A DNA stretch of 63,661 bases from an uncultured Clostridia bacterium (GTDB taxonomy: Bacteria > Bacillota > Clostridia > TANB77 > CAG-508). The stretch lies in assembly GCA_944391575.1 (NCBI GenBank), contig CALXUC010000004.1:1-63661 (forward strand), written 5' to 3'. How positions within the stretch are numbered: position 1 is the first letter of the stretch; every line of letters begins with the position of its first letter. The notes under the pieces were generated by a model that worked only from the letters and a program-made list of their open reading frames with translations, was not told the origin of the DNA and did not search any database. Below, piece by piece: positions 25,646-35,500 of the stretch. The position numbers and the translations under genes were made by a program.

Positions 25646-26191
25646 TTATAATAATACACTTGTTTGTAAATAAGCACTGTCAGGAGGATAAACGTATTCA
25701 TCACTAGGCTTATCTATTTTTTCTAAAGACATTATTTTAATAATAGGAATTTCTCCATTATAATCGCCTTTCTGAATTTCGCCTGTAACTCTAATCCAAG
25801 TCTTTTCACTTAAATTTATAGAATCCTCATATTCGCATAAAAAACCTACTACAAGCGTTTGTAGATTAGAATTAATAATCATATCTCTTGCAAGTATAAA
25901 TTGCTTAGAATCGATATCTGGAACTTTATATACGTATCCTTCAAACTCTATCTTTTGTCCTATATAATTTCCAAGATTTTCATGAACGGCTTTCAGAACA
26001 TTTGTATAATTAGAGGAAGATATAACATACACATCTTTCTGAGGAAGTTCATCATTAGTTGTAAAAACATTGCTAGCAGAAAAAATTCTTATAGTAGATA
26101 TAATAAAAAAAATAACAGAAACTATAATCGCTGCAACAAGAATAAACTTAAATATGTTTTTAGAATTTATTTTAAAATTACAAATAAACAT
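25646..26191 (-). CDS. Membrane-anchored hypothetical protein (possibly DUF1980/TIGR03943-like C-terminal domain)
   Basis: N-terminal TM FKFILVAAIIVSVIFFIISTI. C-terminal pattern QKIEFEGYVYK...FILARDMI...VVGFLCEY...WIRVTGEI. Weak family call. Confidence 0.4.
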   Translation of the reverse strand: MFICNFKINSKNIFKFILVAAIIVSVIFFIISTIRIFSASNVFTTNDELPQKDVYVISSSNYTNVLKAVHENLGNYIGQKIEFEGYVYKVPDIDSKQFILARDMIINSNLQTLVVGFLCEYEDSINLSEKTWIRVTGEIQKGDYNGEIPIIKIMSLEKIDKPSDEYVYPPDSAYLQTSVLL

Positions 26192-26373
26192 AATAGCCTC
26201 CTAATTCAAATTAAGTATTATTATTAAATTGTATGTATGAAAATTTAAAATATACGTTGAAGAATTAGCAAAATGAAAAATATTTTACGTAAACAATTGA
26301 AAAAAAGTAAAAAAGGTGTTAAAATAAATATATCGCTTTTATAATATTATAAAATTTTATATAAGGAGAAGAT

Positions 26374-26649
26374 ATGTTTGAAGACACATCTTTACTAATA
26401 CTTATATGTTGGATGATATTTGCTACAATAATAGCCTTTACAATTACTTTTGTATCTAAGCGGTACATATACAAAAAAGTAATTTCAAAGGGAATTTTTA
26501 TAGTGGGAATCCTGCCGCTTTTAATATTAGTACTCGTAATACGAAAGGAAGAGCTAGATATATTAAGCTTCCTAATTGTTTTCGGGTTTGCTTACGAACT
26601 TTGCGGTGTTATAAATAAGATATATAAGTGTTATTCCTATAAAAAGTAA
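26374..26649 (+). CDS. Hypothetical 91-aa membrane protein
   Basis: AAGGAGAAG RBS, three hydrophobic segments. Contains an in-frame CGG-T at 26461-26463. Hairpin AAAGTAGAAGT/ACTTCTACTTT at 26669-26700 downstream. Confidence 0.4.
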   Translation: MFEDTSLLILICWMIFATIIAFTITFVSKRYIYKKVISKGIFIVGILPLLILVLVIRKEELDILSFLIVFGFAYELCGVINKIYKCYSYKK

Positions 26650-26771
26650 TAATTAAAAGTAAAAAAGTAAAGTAGAAGTTCCAACTGTGACTTCTACTTT
26701 ACTTCTTGATATTTATAAAGAAATGTAGTAAAATATAAATCTGAAATATATAAAGAATGGAGATAATGTAA

Positions 26772-27761
26772 ATGGAAAACAAAAAAAGAATGTTAACAGG
26801 ATTGCAACCTACAGGAGTAATAACACTAGGAAATTATGTAGGTGCAATAAAACAAATGGTAGAATACCAAGAAAAATATGATTCATATATTTTTATAGCA
26901 GATATGCACGCTATAACAATGCCTATTGAGCCAAAAAAATTAAAAGAAAACATAAGAAGTTTAGTTGCGTTATATGTAGCTTGTGGAATAGATCCAAACA
27001 AAAATAAAATATTTATTCAATCAGAGAATGAATACCATGCAAATGTAAGCTGGATGTTAGAATGTAACACATATTTTGGAGAATTAAGCAGAATGACTCA
27101 ATTTAAAGAAAAAAGCAAAAAAAATGCAAACTTTTCATGCGGATTATTTACATATCCAGTACTAATGGCTGCAGATATATTAATTTATGACACAGATTTA
27201 GTACCAGTAGGAATAGATCAAAAACAACATGTGGAAATTGCAAGAGATATAGCAGATAGATTTAATAAAAAGTATGGAGAAACATTTGTATTACCAGAAC
27301 CATTAATATCTGAACAAGCAACAAAAATAATGGATTTACAAGATCCTACTAAAAAAATGAGTAAATCTTCAGAAAATCCAAAAGGCATTATAAGAATATT
27401 AGATGATGCAGAAGTAATTAGAAAAAATATTATGTCTGCAACAACAGACTCTTTAGCACAAATAAAATTTGATAAAGAAAATCAACCAGGAATATCAAAT
27501 TTAATAAATATATATAGTGCAGTAACAGATTTGAGTATAAAAGAAATAGAAAATAAATTTGCTAACTCTCAATATGGGGAATTTAAAAAAGAAGTTGCAG
27601 ATAAAGTAATTATTAAATTAAGTGAAATAAAAGAAAGATATTATGAGCTAATATCAAGTAAAGAATTAGATAAAATATTAGATGAAGGGCGAGATGCCAC
27701 TAGAAAGATAGCTAAAATAAAATATGAAAAAATGAAAGAAAAAATAGGGTTAATAAGGTAA
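26772..27761 (+). CDS. trpS: Tryptophan--tRNA ligase
   Basis: GLQPTGVITLGNYVGA (HIGH-region equivalent), VPVGIDQKQHVE, KKMSKS. 329 aa. Confidence 0.95.
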   Translation: MENKKRMLTGLQPTGVITLGNYVGAIKQMVEYQEKYDSYIFIADMHAITMPIEPKKLKENIRSLVALYVACGIDPNKNKIFIQSENEYHANVSWMLECNTYFGELSRMTQFKEKSKKNANFSCGLFTYPVLMAADILIYDTDLVPVGIDQKQHVEIARDIADRFNKKYGETFVLPEPLISEQATKIMDLQDPTKKMSKSSENPKGIIRILDDAEVIRKNIMSATTDSLAQIKFDKENQPGISNLINIYSAVTDLSIKEIENKFANSQYGEFKKEVADKVIIKLSEIKERYYELISSKELDKILDEGRDATRKIAKIKYEKMKEKIGLIR

Positions 27762-27877
27762 ATATAAAAATGTATACTAAATTTTGTAAATAGTATGGCT
27801 CTCCAATTCCTGAAATTGTTAATGAGGCCAGAGGAGTTGCTGTTAAATGTAGAGCCTCTGAAAGTTATTTAAAGGCA

Positions 27878-28114
27878 ATGAAAGGGGAAAATAATACTAC
27901 AAATGTTACCACAAATGTTACTATAAAATTAAATGAAACAGAAAAAAAGATACTACAAATAATCACCAATAATCCCAATGTTACTCAAAAGGAAATTGCA
28001 GAAGAATTAAATGTAACAACAATGACTATAAAAAGAACTACAAATAAACTAAAAGAAAAAGGAATAATAGCTAGAGTTGGTGCAAATAAAAATGGATACT
28101 GGAAAATTCTATAA
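27878..28114 (+). CDS. Winged-helix DNA-binding protein, likely a 3-prime remnant of a larger AlbA_2/ATPase-type regulator
   Basis: LNETEKKILQIITNNPNVTQKEIAEELNVTTMTIKRTTNKLKEKGIIARVGANKNGYWKIL matches the C-terminal wHTH tail of that family. No good RBS, and non-coding-looking sequence upstream. Confidence 0.4.
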   Translation: MKGENNTTNVTTNVTIKLNETEKKILQIITNNPNVTQKEIAEELNVTTMTIKRTTNKLKEKGIIARVGANKNGYWKIL

Positions 28115-28235
28115 ATTATAAAAGTAGGAGAAAAAACTCTTACTTTTTTCTTTTATATACTCTTTTTGAGTATTTTTACGAAAAAACTGTTCACTTTTCT
28201 ATCTATCTATGATATAATAAACGTATAATATATTT

Positions 28236-28769
28236 TTGAAAAGGGGTGCAGGTTTGGAAAAAGATACTGAATTTTCCTTATGTGTGAAAGATGTAAAAGA
28301 TAATGATACAGTTTTAAAAATGAAAAACTTTATACAACATTGTGATACTTCGTGTTATGAACATTGCTATAAAGTAGCTTTTATTAGTTACTTGATTTGT
28401 AAAAAATTAAATTTAGATTATAAAGCAGCTGCACGTGCTGGATTTTTGCATGATTTATTTTTGTATGATTGGCACGTAAAGTCAGAAGAACATAAACCTC
28501 TACACGGTTTTAGACATCCATATATAGCTTTAAAAAATGCTACCAAACTATATGATTTATCTAAAAAAGAACAAGATATTATAAAAAAACATATGTGGCC
28601 ATTAACAGTTATTCCACCTAGGTATTTAGAAAGTTATATAGTTTCTTTTGTTGATAAATATTGTGCCATCACAGAGTCTATTAATTATTATAAAGAGAAT
28701 AGAAGATTCCAAAAACTTTATAGATATGTGTATTTGTTTTTTGGATTGATAATTTTTAAATCAGTTTAA
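28236..28769 (+). CDS. HD-domain phosphohydrolase
   Basis: TTG start (exact start uncertain). HCYKVAFISY...AARAGFLHDLFLYDWH. 177 aa. Terminator hairpin 28780-28805. Confidence 0.7.
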   Translation: MKRGAGLEKDTEFSLCVKDVKDNDTVLKMKNFIQHCDTSCYEHCYKVAFISYLICKKLNLDYKAAARAGFLHDLFLYDWHVKSEEHKPLHGFRHPYIALKNATKLYDLSKKEQDIIKKHMWPLTVIPPRYLESYIVSFVDKYCAITESINYYKENRRFQKLYRYVYLFFGLIIFKSV

Positions 28770-28900
28770 ATAATAAAAAGTACTAGAAAGTTTCTAGTGC
28801 TTTTTGAAATTATGAGAAAATATATTTTTTCTATATTGTCTGTGCAAATTTATAAAAAAATACCAATACCTGACTAAATCAAGCACTGATACCTTTTATG

Positions 28901-28976
<76 letters not shown>

Positions 28977-28984
28977 ATTAAAAA

Positions 28985-29061
28985 TGGCGACCCGGAACGG
29001 GCTCGAACCGTCGACCTCTAGCGTGACAGGCTAGCGTTCTAACCAACTGAACTACCGGGCC
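28985..29061 (-). tRNA. tRNA-Asp (GTC)
   Basis: Reverse complement GGCCCGGTAGTTCAGTTGGTTAGAACGCTAGCCTGTCACGCTAGAGGTCGACGGTTCGAGCCCGTTCCGGGTCGCCA. Anticodon loop CTGTCAC. Confidence 0.95.
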
Positions 29062-29082
29062 ACATAAACAAATTAATAAAAA

Positions 29083-29158
29083 TGGTGGGCGCAATAGGGC
29101 TCGAACCTATGACCTCCTGCTTGTAAGGCAGATGCTCTTCCAGCTGAGCTATGCGCCC
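29083..29158 (-). tRNA. tRNA-Val (TAC)
   Basis: Reverse complement GGGCGCATAGCTCAGCTGGAAGAGCATCTGCCTTACAAGCAGGAGGTCATAGGTTCGAGCCCTATTGCGCCCACCA. Anticodon loop CTTACAA. Confidence 0.95.
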
Positions 29159-29331
29159 ACATTATTATCACCACTTCATGTGACATGTATTAGTATACTA
29201 AATTTTTTTTAATTTGTCAATACTTTTTTCCAATTTTTCCAAAAATTTTAATTTAAAGTTGGAAGATTATCTACTTTAGACTTATCTTTATCGAAAAAGC
29301 ATAAAAAAGAAGATGTAAAAATCTTCTTTTT

Positions 29332-30681
29332 TTAATTCTCAAAAATCTCTAATTGTTGCCTAAAAAAGCAATCATCTTTAGAAGTAAACAAATTCAAATT
29401 AGTATTCTTTTTTAAAATTTGTCTAACTTCCCATAAACCTAAACCAGTATTCTTAGGCTTGCTAGAATAACCTTTTTCGAAAATCTTTTCAGTATCAATA
29501 TCTTTTTCATTGTAAGTATTTTCTATTAAAACATATTGCATATTATTAGAAGCCTTAGTATTAAAAATTATATTTATAACTTTATTATCACAAACGGTAC
29601 TAGCTTCGATTGCATTATCAAGCAATATTCCTAAAATTCTAGTAAATTCATACATTTTCATATTAAGCACATTTAAATTTAAGAAAAAATCAATATGTAT
29701 CTTAATTCCTTGTTCTTCAGCTTTTTTATATTTTGCCGTAAGTAAGCAATAAACACCAGGATTATTCACAACATTAGGATTTAAGGTTGTTAAATCATTA
29801 ATTTTTTGGCAATCTACAAATAGATCTTTATAGTAAATTTTAAGTCCTTCAATATCATTACTATTAGCATATCCACCAATAGTTTGTATAATATTATTAA
29901 AATCATGTTTAAAAGCTTTAATAGAATCGTATAAAAACTCTAAAGTTTTGTTATATTCTTGACTTTGCTTTAACTCAATAGAAGTCACTTCCAATTTACT
30001 GATTTTTATTATGTTATTAACAACCATAAAGAAAAATAAAGTAAGTAAAAAGCTTGATAATACAATTATAATAATTGGTAAAGTATCAGTATAAAAAATA
30101 AGTAAATAGAACTGTACACTTATAATTGTACTAGCTAATATTGTGTTTAATAATAATTGGATATTACTTTCTTTAGAAAAATTATCTGAAATTTTAATAC
30201 AAAAATTATTTCTTTTGATAATTAAATAAACTAGATACATTATAAAATATATTTGTAAAGATAATGCCATTTTATATATTGGGATAGTTGTTAAAATAGA
30301 ATACGAAGAATACAAAAAGCTAGAATATATCTTGCATAGAATTGTTTCAAATAATAATGTAAACGCAGTAGGTATAAGTGCTATGAATATAGATTTTATT
30401 AATCTTGTTTTAAAAATAGACATAACAATTCCAGGAAGAATAATGCAATTTATATATAATCCTAAAGGAGCTTGTATAAAAATATTGCAAAAAGACGTCC
30501 ATAATCCACTAAAAAGCACGTATTGGTACGTTTGCTTTTTAGAAACATCAAGCTTAAGTAAATTTTTAAAGATTAATAAATTAATATACATACCTAAAAA
30601 AATAAGTGGTGTATTTATTAGATTAGTCATTAGTGCATTAGGTTCTACTAAATAATTTTTTACTGATGAGAAAAAATACAT
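29332..30681 (-). CDS. AgrC/ComD-type (HPK10, GHKL) sensor histidine kinase, orphan
   Basis: 6-7 N-terminal TM helices. H-box KAFKHDFNNIIQTI, N-box LGILLDNAIEA, G-box KNTGLGLWEV. No agrB/agrD/LytTR regulator adjacent. Confidence 0.75.
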   Translation of the reverse strand: MYFFSSVKNYLVEPNALMTNLINTPLIFLGMYINLLIFKNLLKLDVSKKQTYQYVLFSGLWTSFCNIFIQAPLGLYINCIILPGIVMSIFKTRLIKSIFIALIPTAFTLLFETILCKIYSSFLYSSYSILTTIPIYKMALSLQIYFIMYLVYLIIKRNNFCIKISDNFSKESNIQLLLNTILASTIISVQFYLLIFYTDTLPIIIIVLSSFLLTLFFFMVVNNIIKISKLEVTSIELKQSQEYNKTLEFLYDSIKAFKHDFNNIIQTIGGYANSNDIEGLKIYYKDLFVDCQKINDLTTLNPNVVNNPGVYCLLTAKYKKAEEQGIKIHIDFFLNLNVLNMKMYEFTRILGILLDNAIEASTVCDNKVINIIFNTKASNNMQYVLIENTYNEKDIDTEKIFEKGYSSKPKNTGLGLWEVRQILKKNTNLNLFTSKDDCFFRQQLEIFEN

Positions 30682-30885
30682 TTGTTTAACCCTCCTTTTT
30701 TTAAAATTACTAGATTAATATAAATAATATTGTCGAATTTGTAAATGTTTTTTTGAAAAAAAATAAAAAACATATTATTATAAAAATATGTTATATCTCA
30801 TAATTTTATTATTGAACTTAGTAGTAGAGGAATAATTTAAAATATTATTCATAAAATTAAATAAAAACACAAGGAGCAATGTAGT

Positions 30886-31758
30886 TTGGAAGTAAATACT
30901 TTCATAACTATCTGTGCCTTTGAGCGAAGCAAGAAAGGAATGGAATTTATAATGATAAAGTTAAAAAATCTTTTAATAGTAATTTTAATATTAATTATAA
31001 TAGCAAGCGTATTTGTTGTTATAATAATGAACCATAATGAGACTGCAGTACTTGCTAATGGCACTACGATAAGTAATAAAAAATATGGCTGGGGAGTGAA
31101 AAGAGCAGATAATCATGAGCAACCTGATATAAGTGTATATAAAAGCATATTAGATAAGTATAACGGAATAAGTATGGGGAATAAAGATAAAAAAATTGTA
31201 TATTTAACATTTGACCAAGGTTATGAAGCGGGCTATACACCACAAATATTAGATACTTTAAAAGCGAATAATGTAAAAGCAACATTTTTTATAACAGGAC
31301 ATTATTTGAACAGTGAAACAGATTTAGTAAAAAGAATGATTAACGAGGGACACATAGTAGGAAATCATACAGTTAATCATTACAGTATGCCAGAAATCAG
31401 TGATGATAAAATAAAAACAGAAATATTAGATTTGCACTCAGCAGTATTTGAAAAGACAGGATATGAAATGAAATATATGAGACCACCAAAAGGAGAATTT
31501 AGTGAAAGAACGTTACAATTAACATCTAATTTAGAATATACAACAGTTATGTGGTCATTAGCATATGACGATTACGATGAAAATAACCAAAAGGGAGAAG
31601 AATATGCAAAGAAAAAAATATTAGACAATATACATCCGGGTGCTGTAATATTATTACACGCTACTTCTAAAGATAATGCAAATGTACTAGATTATTGTAT
31701 AAAAGAAATAAAAAATATGGGGTATGAAATAAAGAATATAGATGAATTTATTGCGTAA
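30886..31758 (+). CDS. pdaA: Polysaccharide deacetylase, PdaA-like (delta-lactam-biosynthetic de-N-acetylase family)
   Basis: TTG start 9 nt after AGGAG (alternative ATGs at 30940/30952). KKYGWGVKRADNHEQP, NodB motifs LTFDQGYEAG, GHIVGNHTVNH, ILLHA. Confidence 0.8.
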   Translation: MEVNTFITICAFERSKKGMEFIMIKLKNLLIVILILIIIASVFVVIIMNHNETAVLANGTTISNKKYGWGVKRADNHEQPDISVYKSILDKYNGISMGNKDKKIVYLTFDQGYEAGYTPQILDTLKANNVKATFFITGHYLNSETDLVKRMINEGHIVGNHTVNHYSMPEISDDKIKTEILDLHSAVFEKTGYEMKYMRPPKGEFSERTLQLTSNLEYTTVMWSLAYDDYDENNQKGEEYAKKKILDNIHPGAVILLHATSKDNANVLDYCIKEIKNMGYEIKNIDEFIA

Positions 31759-31780
31759 TAACTTAATAGATATTTAAATA

Positions 31781-31870
31781 AAAGCTTGATATATAGCTAT
31801 TTGCAAGTCAAGACCCGGATTGTGTCACCCAAGCTATGTTTTGACTAAAAATAGCTATATATCAAGCTTT
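31781..31870 (+). repeat. Palindromic intergenic element, family B copy 3 (forward orientation)
   Basis: Arms 31781-31802 / 31849-31870 identical to copy B1. Core GCAAGTCAAGACCCGGATTGTGTCACCC. Confidence 0.8.
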
Positions 31871-31890
31871 TAGCAAGTATATCTTGAATT

Positions 31891-32047
31891 GTTACGTTAT
31901 AATTCACAGCTTTTTATAAAACATATAAAGTACTTATATATTAATATTTTGCAATCAAAGACCCGGATTGTTACGCCCCAGCTATGTTTTTGATAAAAAA
32001 TATTAATATATAAGTACTACTAATATTTATTTAGCTGTGAATAGAAC
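31891..32047 (+). repeat. Palindromic intergenic element, family A copy 3 (tandem with B3)
   Basis: Inner arms 31929-31950 / 31997-32018. Outer AATTCACAGCT (31901-31911) / AGCTGTGAAT (32033-32042), where CACAGCT/AGCTGTG is a compensated version of CATAGCT/AGCTATG in copy A1. Confidence 0.8.
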
Positions 32048-32135
32048 ATTATTACATAAAAAGTAAAACTTTTTTACAATAATATTTGCATTTTTTTAAA
32101 ATATATGGTAAAATAACTGTACTAAAAAATGCGAG

Positions 32136-32417
32136 ATGGAAGGAATGAAAGAAATGGAAATAATAAAAGCAGTCGCAATAATATTATACTTAGCTGTTTG
32201 CTTAGCAATAATAGTATTAACATTTTTACAATCTAAACAATCAGCAGGTGCTTCAGGAACAATAATAGGTGGAGAAAGCACAGAACATGGAAACTTTTAT
32301 GAAAAAAATAAAGGTAGAACTAAAGAAGGCAAAATGATGAGATGGACTGTAATACTAGTAATAATATTTGCAATAATGTCTATAGCTTTAGGAATTTTCT
32401 TAGAATTTGCTAATTAA
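32136..32417 (+). CDS. secG: Preprotein translocase subunit SecG
   Basis: IIKAVAIILYLAVCLAIIVLTFLQSKQSAGASGTIIGG and a second TM at the C-terminus. Start ambiguous (32136/32145/32154). Confidence 0.8.
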   Translation: MEGMKEMEIIKAVAIILYLAVCLAIIVLTFLQSKQSAGASGTIIGGESTEHGNFYEKNKGRTKEGKMMRWTVILVIIFAIMSIALGIFLEFAN

Positions 32418-32517
32418 AAAAGTAATAACATAAAAAGCCAAATGTTGTGTAAATATTGAGGCTTTTTTCTTTTCCTAAAGGAAAAATAGAAAAGATGTTG
32501 AATATAATAAATATAAC

Positions 32518-35500
32518 GTGAAAAATAGAGAAAGAAGTGAAGAAGATATGCCAAGAAACGCAGGTATAATTACGAGTAAAGAAGAGTGCTTAGAATATAT
32601 AGCAACAACACAAGGAACAAACATAAATTTAAATAACATAAGTGAAGAATTAAAAAAAGATGCGGATGTAATATACGCATTAATATTAAAAAATCAATCT
32701 TTTATAAATGATCTTAGTGAAAATATTATTCCAATTAGTTATCCAAACATATTAGGAAATTTATTTACTTCTTTTGGTCCAAAAATATTTGACAAAATGT
32801 CACCGGAATTAAAATCTAATAAAGATTTTATGTTAAAAGCTCTAGCTTCATATCCAGCAGCAATTAAGTATATGGATAATAGCTTATTAAGAAACTTAGA
32901 ATTTAGATTAGAAGCAGATAAAGTCATAGATAATAACATAAGCTATTATGAAAAACATAATTTAGAATTAGACTCTATAATAACTAAAAGCGATTTGAAC
33001 CAAGAAAATGTAATATATGCTGAAACAACATTAGGCTTAAATTATGGAAAGTTTAAATTAGTAAAAAATTATCCTGAAACTTTAAAAACATTAGAAAGTA
33101 TAGGAAACGGCCCAAAAGGAGAAATATTTAGTAATTGTTTAAAAAATATTAGCAGTAAAAATTTAGAAGAAACTGAATGGATTGCAGAACTAAACAATTT
33201 AGTAAGTAAATTTAATGACAAAAACTATGATGAATTATTATCTAATATAAACATTAGAAACGTAGATATAAACCAATTAAATAAAGTTTTATCACAGCCT
33301 AATTATTTTAACATAAAAACAGAAGAAGATATTATGAGATACGAGTATATTAGAAATGAAGTATGTAATGCTATAGCCAGTGGAGACAAAGAGAAAATAT
33401 CACAATACCCATTAATTAGTGATATGAGCGAAAACGAACAAATGCGATTTGCTGTATTAGAAAAATTATATGGGTATGATTTAAGGCAAGCTGCAAATAT
33501 AAGTAGTAAATATATAGGAATAAACGATATTAAAATAGAAGATCCAAAAAATACAAAATTATTGCTTAACTCAATGAACGATATCATATCTGAAAACAAT
33601 ATAGAAGAATTAAAAAAATTATATACATTAGAACCACTATTAATAAAATCACAAGATAAAACAACGCTAGAAAAAGAGCTAAAAACTCTGTATATGCAAG
33701 AATATAACAAAACATTATTTGATCCTAATAGCGGACGAGAAATATCTAATGAAGAGTTGGAACAATATTTGCGTAGTAGTGAAGATAAAAGCAAATATAA
33801 ATTTATAGATGCAGGAACAGATTTTAATATGATTATGGCAACAGTAGGTAGCTATCAAGGAAACACTGTAATGGGGGATTACGCCGAATCTTGGAATAAA
33901 GAAAATCCAAAAACAGAAGGGTTTAATTGTAGCTATATAGGTAATGATATGTTAGCTCATGCACCTATTCAAGGTGTATGTTATGGTTTTTCTGAAATGG
34001 AAAATGATAGTTTGCTATTATCTAGTGATACGGTTTTAGGAACTACGCAAAATAAAAATTCTTTAAGTATTAGTAATAATGTAGGATTTTTAACTCCAGA
34101 AGAAATGAAAGCTTCTACAACGGAATATAATGAAATGATTTTTAAAAAAGAACAAAATGGGAAGGTAAAGCAACCAAATTATTTAATTGTGTTCAAAAGA
34201 GAAGGAGGATTTATGAATTTAGGTCCTGCGTTAGAAGCTGCAGATAGTTTTAAGAAAAAAGGCGTAGATTTGCCAATAGTAATAGTAGATGTTGAAAAAT
34301 GTATAGAAAGCGAAAAAAGTAAGATAAATGCAATGCTAAAAGAAGCAGAAGATAAAAATAGCAAAGAATTATTTAGTAAAGCAGAAGCTAAACTTCACAA
34401 TAATTTAAAAGCATCATATTATCAATACAAGTTTAGAGATGTTTTTGGTAAATATTCAGGACTACGAGAAAATTTTTCAAAGCAAAACTTAAAACAAGAA
34501 CATAATAATCTAAAAGGAGATACTTATCAAAGATTGCATAAGCAAAATGAAATAGAGAGAGAAGCGGTTGAAACTAATATAGATGAGAAAAAATACACAA
34601 ATAATGCACCAAATACTAATACAAAGGGGAGCACTCAGGTTGGCTTAAATACAAACGAAAGAAATAGTATTCAAAATAGCTTAAATGCAAACGAAAAAGA
34701 AAACTCACAAAATACTTTAAATACAGACGAAAAAGAATCAACACTAGGTTTAGGTGAAGATAAATACAATTACGTAAAACATTATCCAAAAACTTTAAAA
34801 AAGCTAGAAAGTATATGTGGAAGTACAAAAAACCAGGCATTCAGAGCTTGTATGAATGAGATGAATAATAAAAACTTAGAATTAACAGAATGGACAACAG
34901 AACTAAACAACTTAATAAACAGATTTAATGATGAAAAATTTGAAAAATTACTATCTACAATAGATGTAAAAAGCACAAATATAGAGCAATTAAGCAAAGT
35001 ATTAGAACAGCCAAATTACTTTGATATAAAAAACGTAGAAGAACTTAAGAATTATCAAAATACAAAAATGGAAGTGTGTGATGCCATAATTAATGGAGAT
35101 AAGGAAAAAGTATCTAAATATCCATTAATTAGCCAGATGGGAGAAAATGATCAATTAAGATTTGCTGTATTAGAAAAATTAATGGGATTAGACTTAAAAC
35201 AAGCGGGAGCTATGTATAAGTACCAAGATTTAGATAAAATAGATGTAAAAGATACAAATGAGATAAAAACTTGGATTACAGCAATAAAAAAGGTTAATTC
35301 TGAAATAGATACAGATAAATTAAGAAAATTATATAATTTAGAGCCTCTTCCAGAAAGAGCGCAAAATAAATCTATATTAGAACAAGAAGTAAAATCTTTA
35401 TATATGCAAAAATATAATGAAACATTATTCCAACCACAAAAAGGCGAAACAATACCAAGTGAAGAATTTGAAGAGTACTTACCTAAAGGAGCAGATAAGA

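Noticed and set aside
26650-26771. T-box leader upstream of trpS.
   Set aside because: The 120-nt spacer is too short for a T-box and lacks the specifier-loop/T-box (AGGGTGGNACCGCG-like) sequence. It contains only the terminator of the upstream ORF.
32418-32517. Rho-independent terminator after secG.
   Set aside because: Only weak 4-6-bp pairings (AAGCC/GGCTT; TTTCCT/AGGAAA) could be drawn, too marginal to list as a feature.
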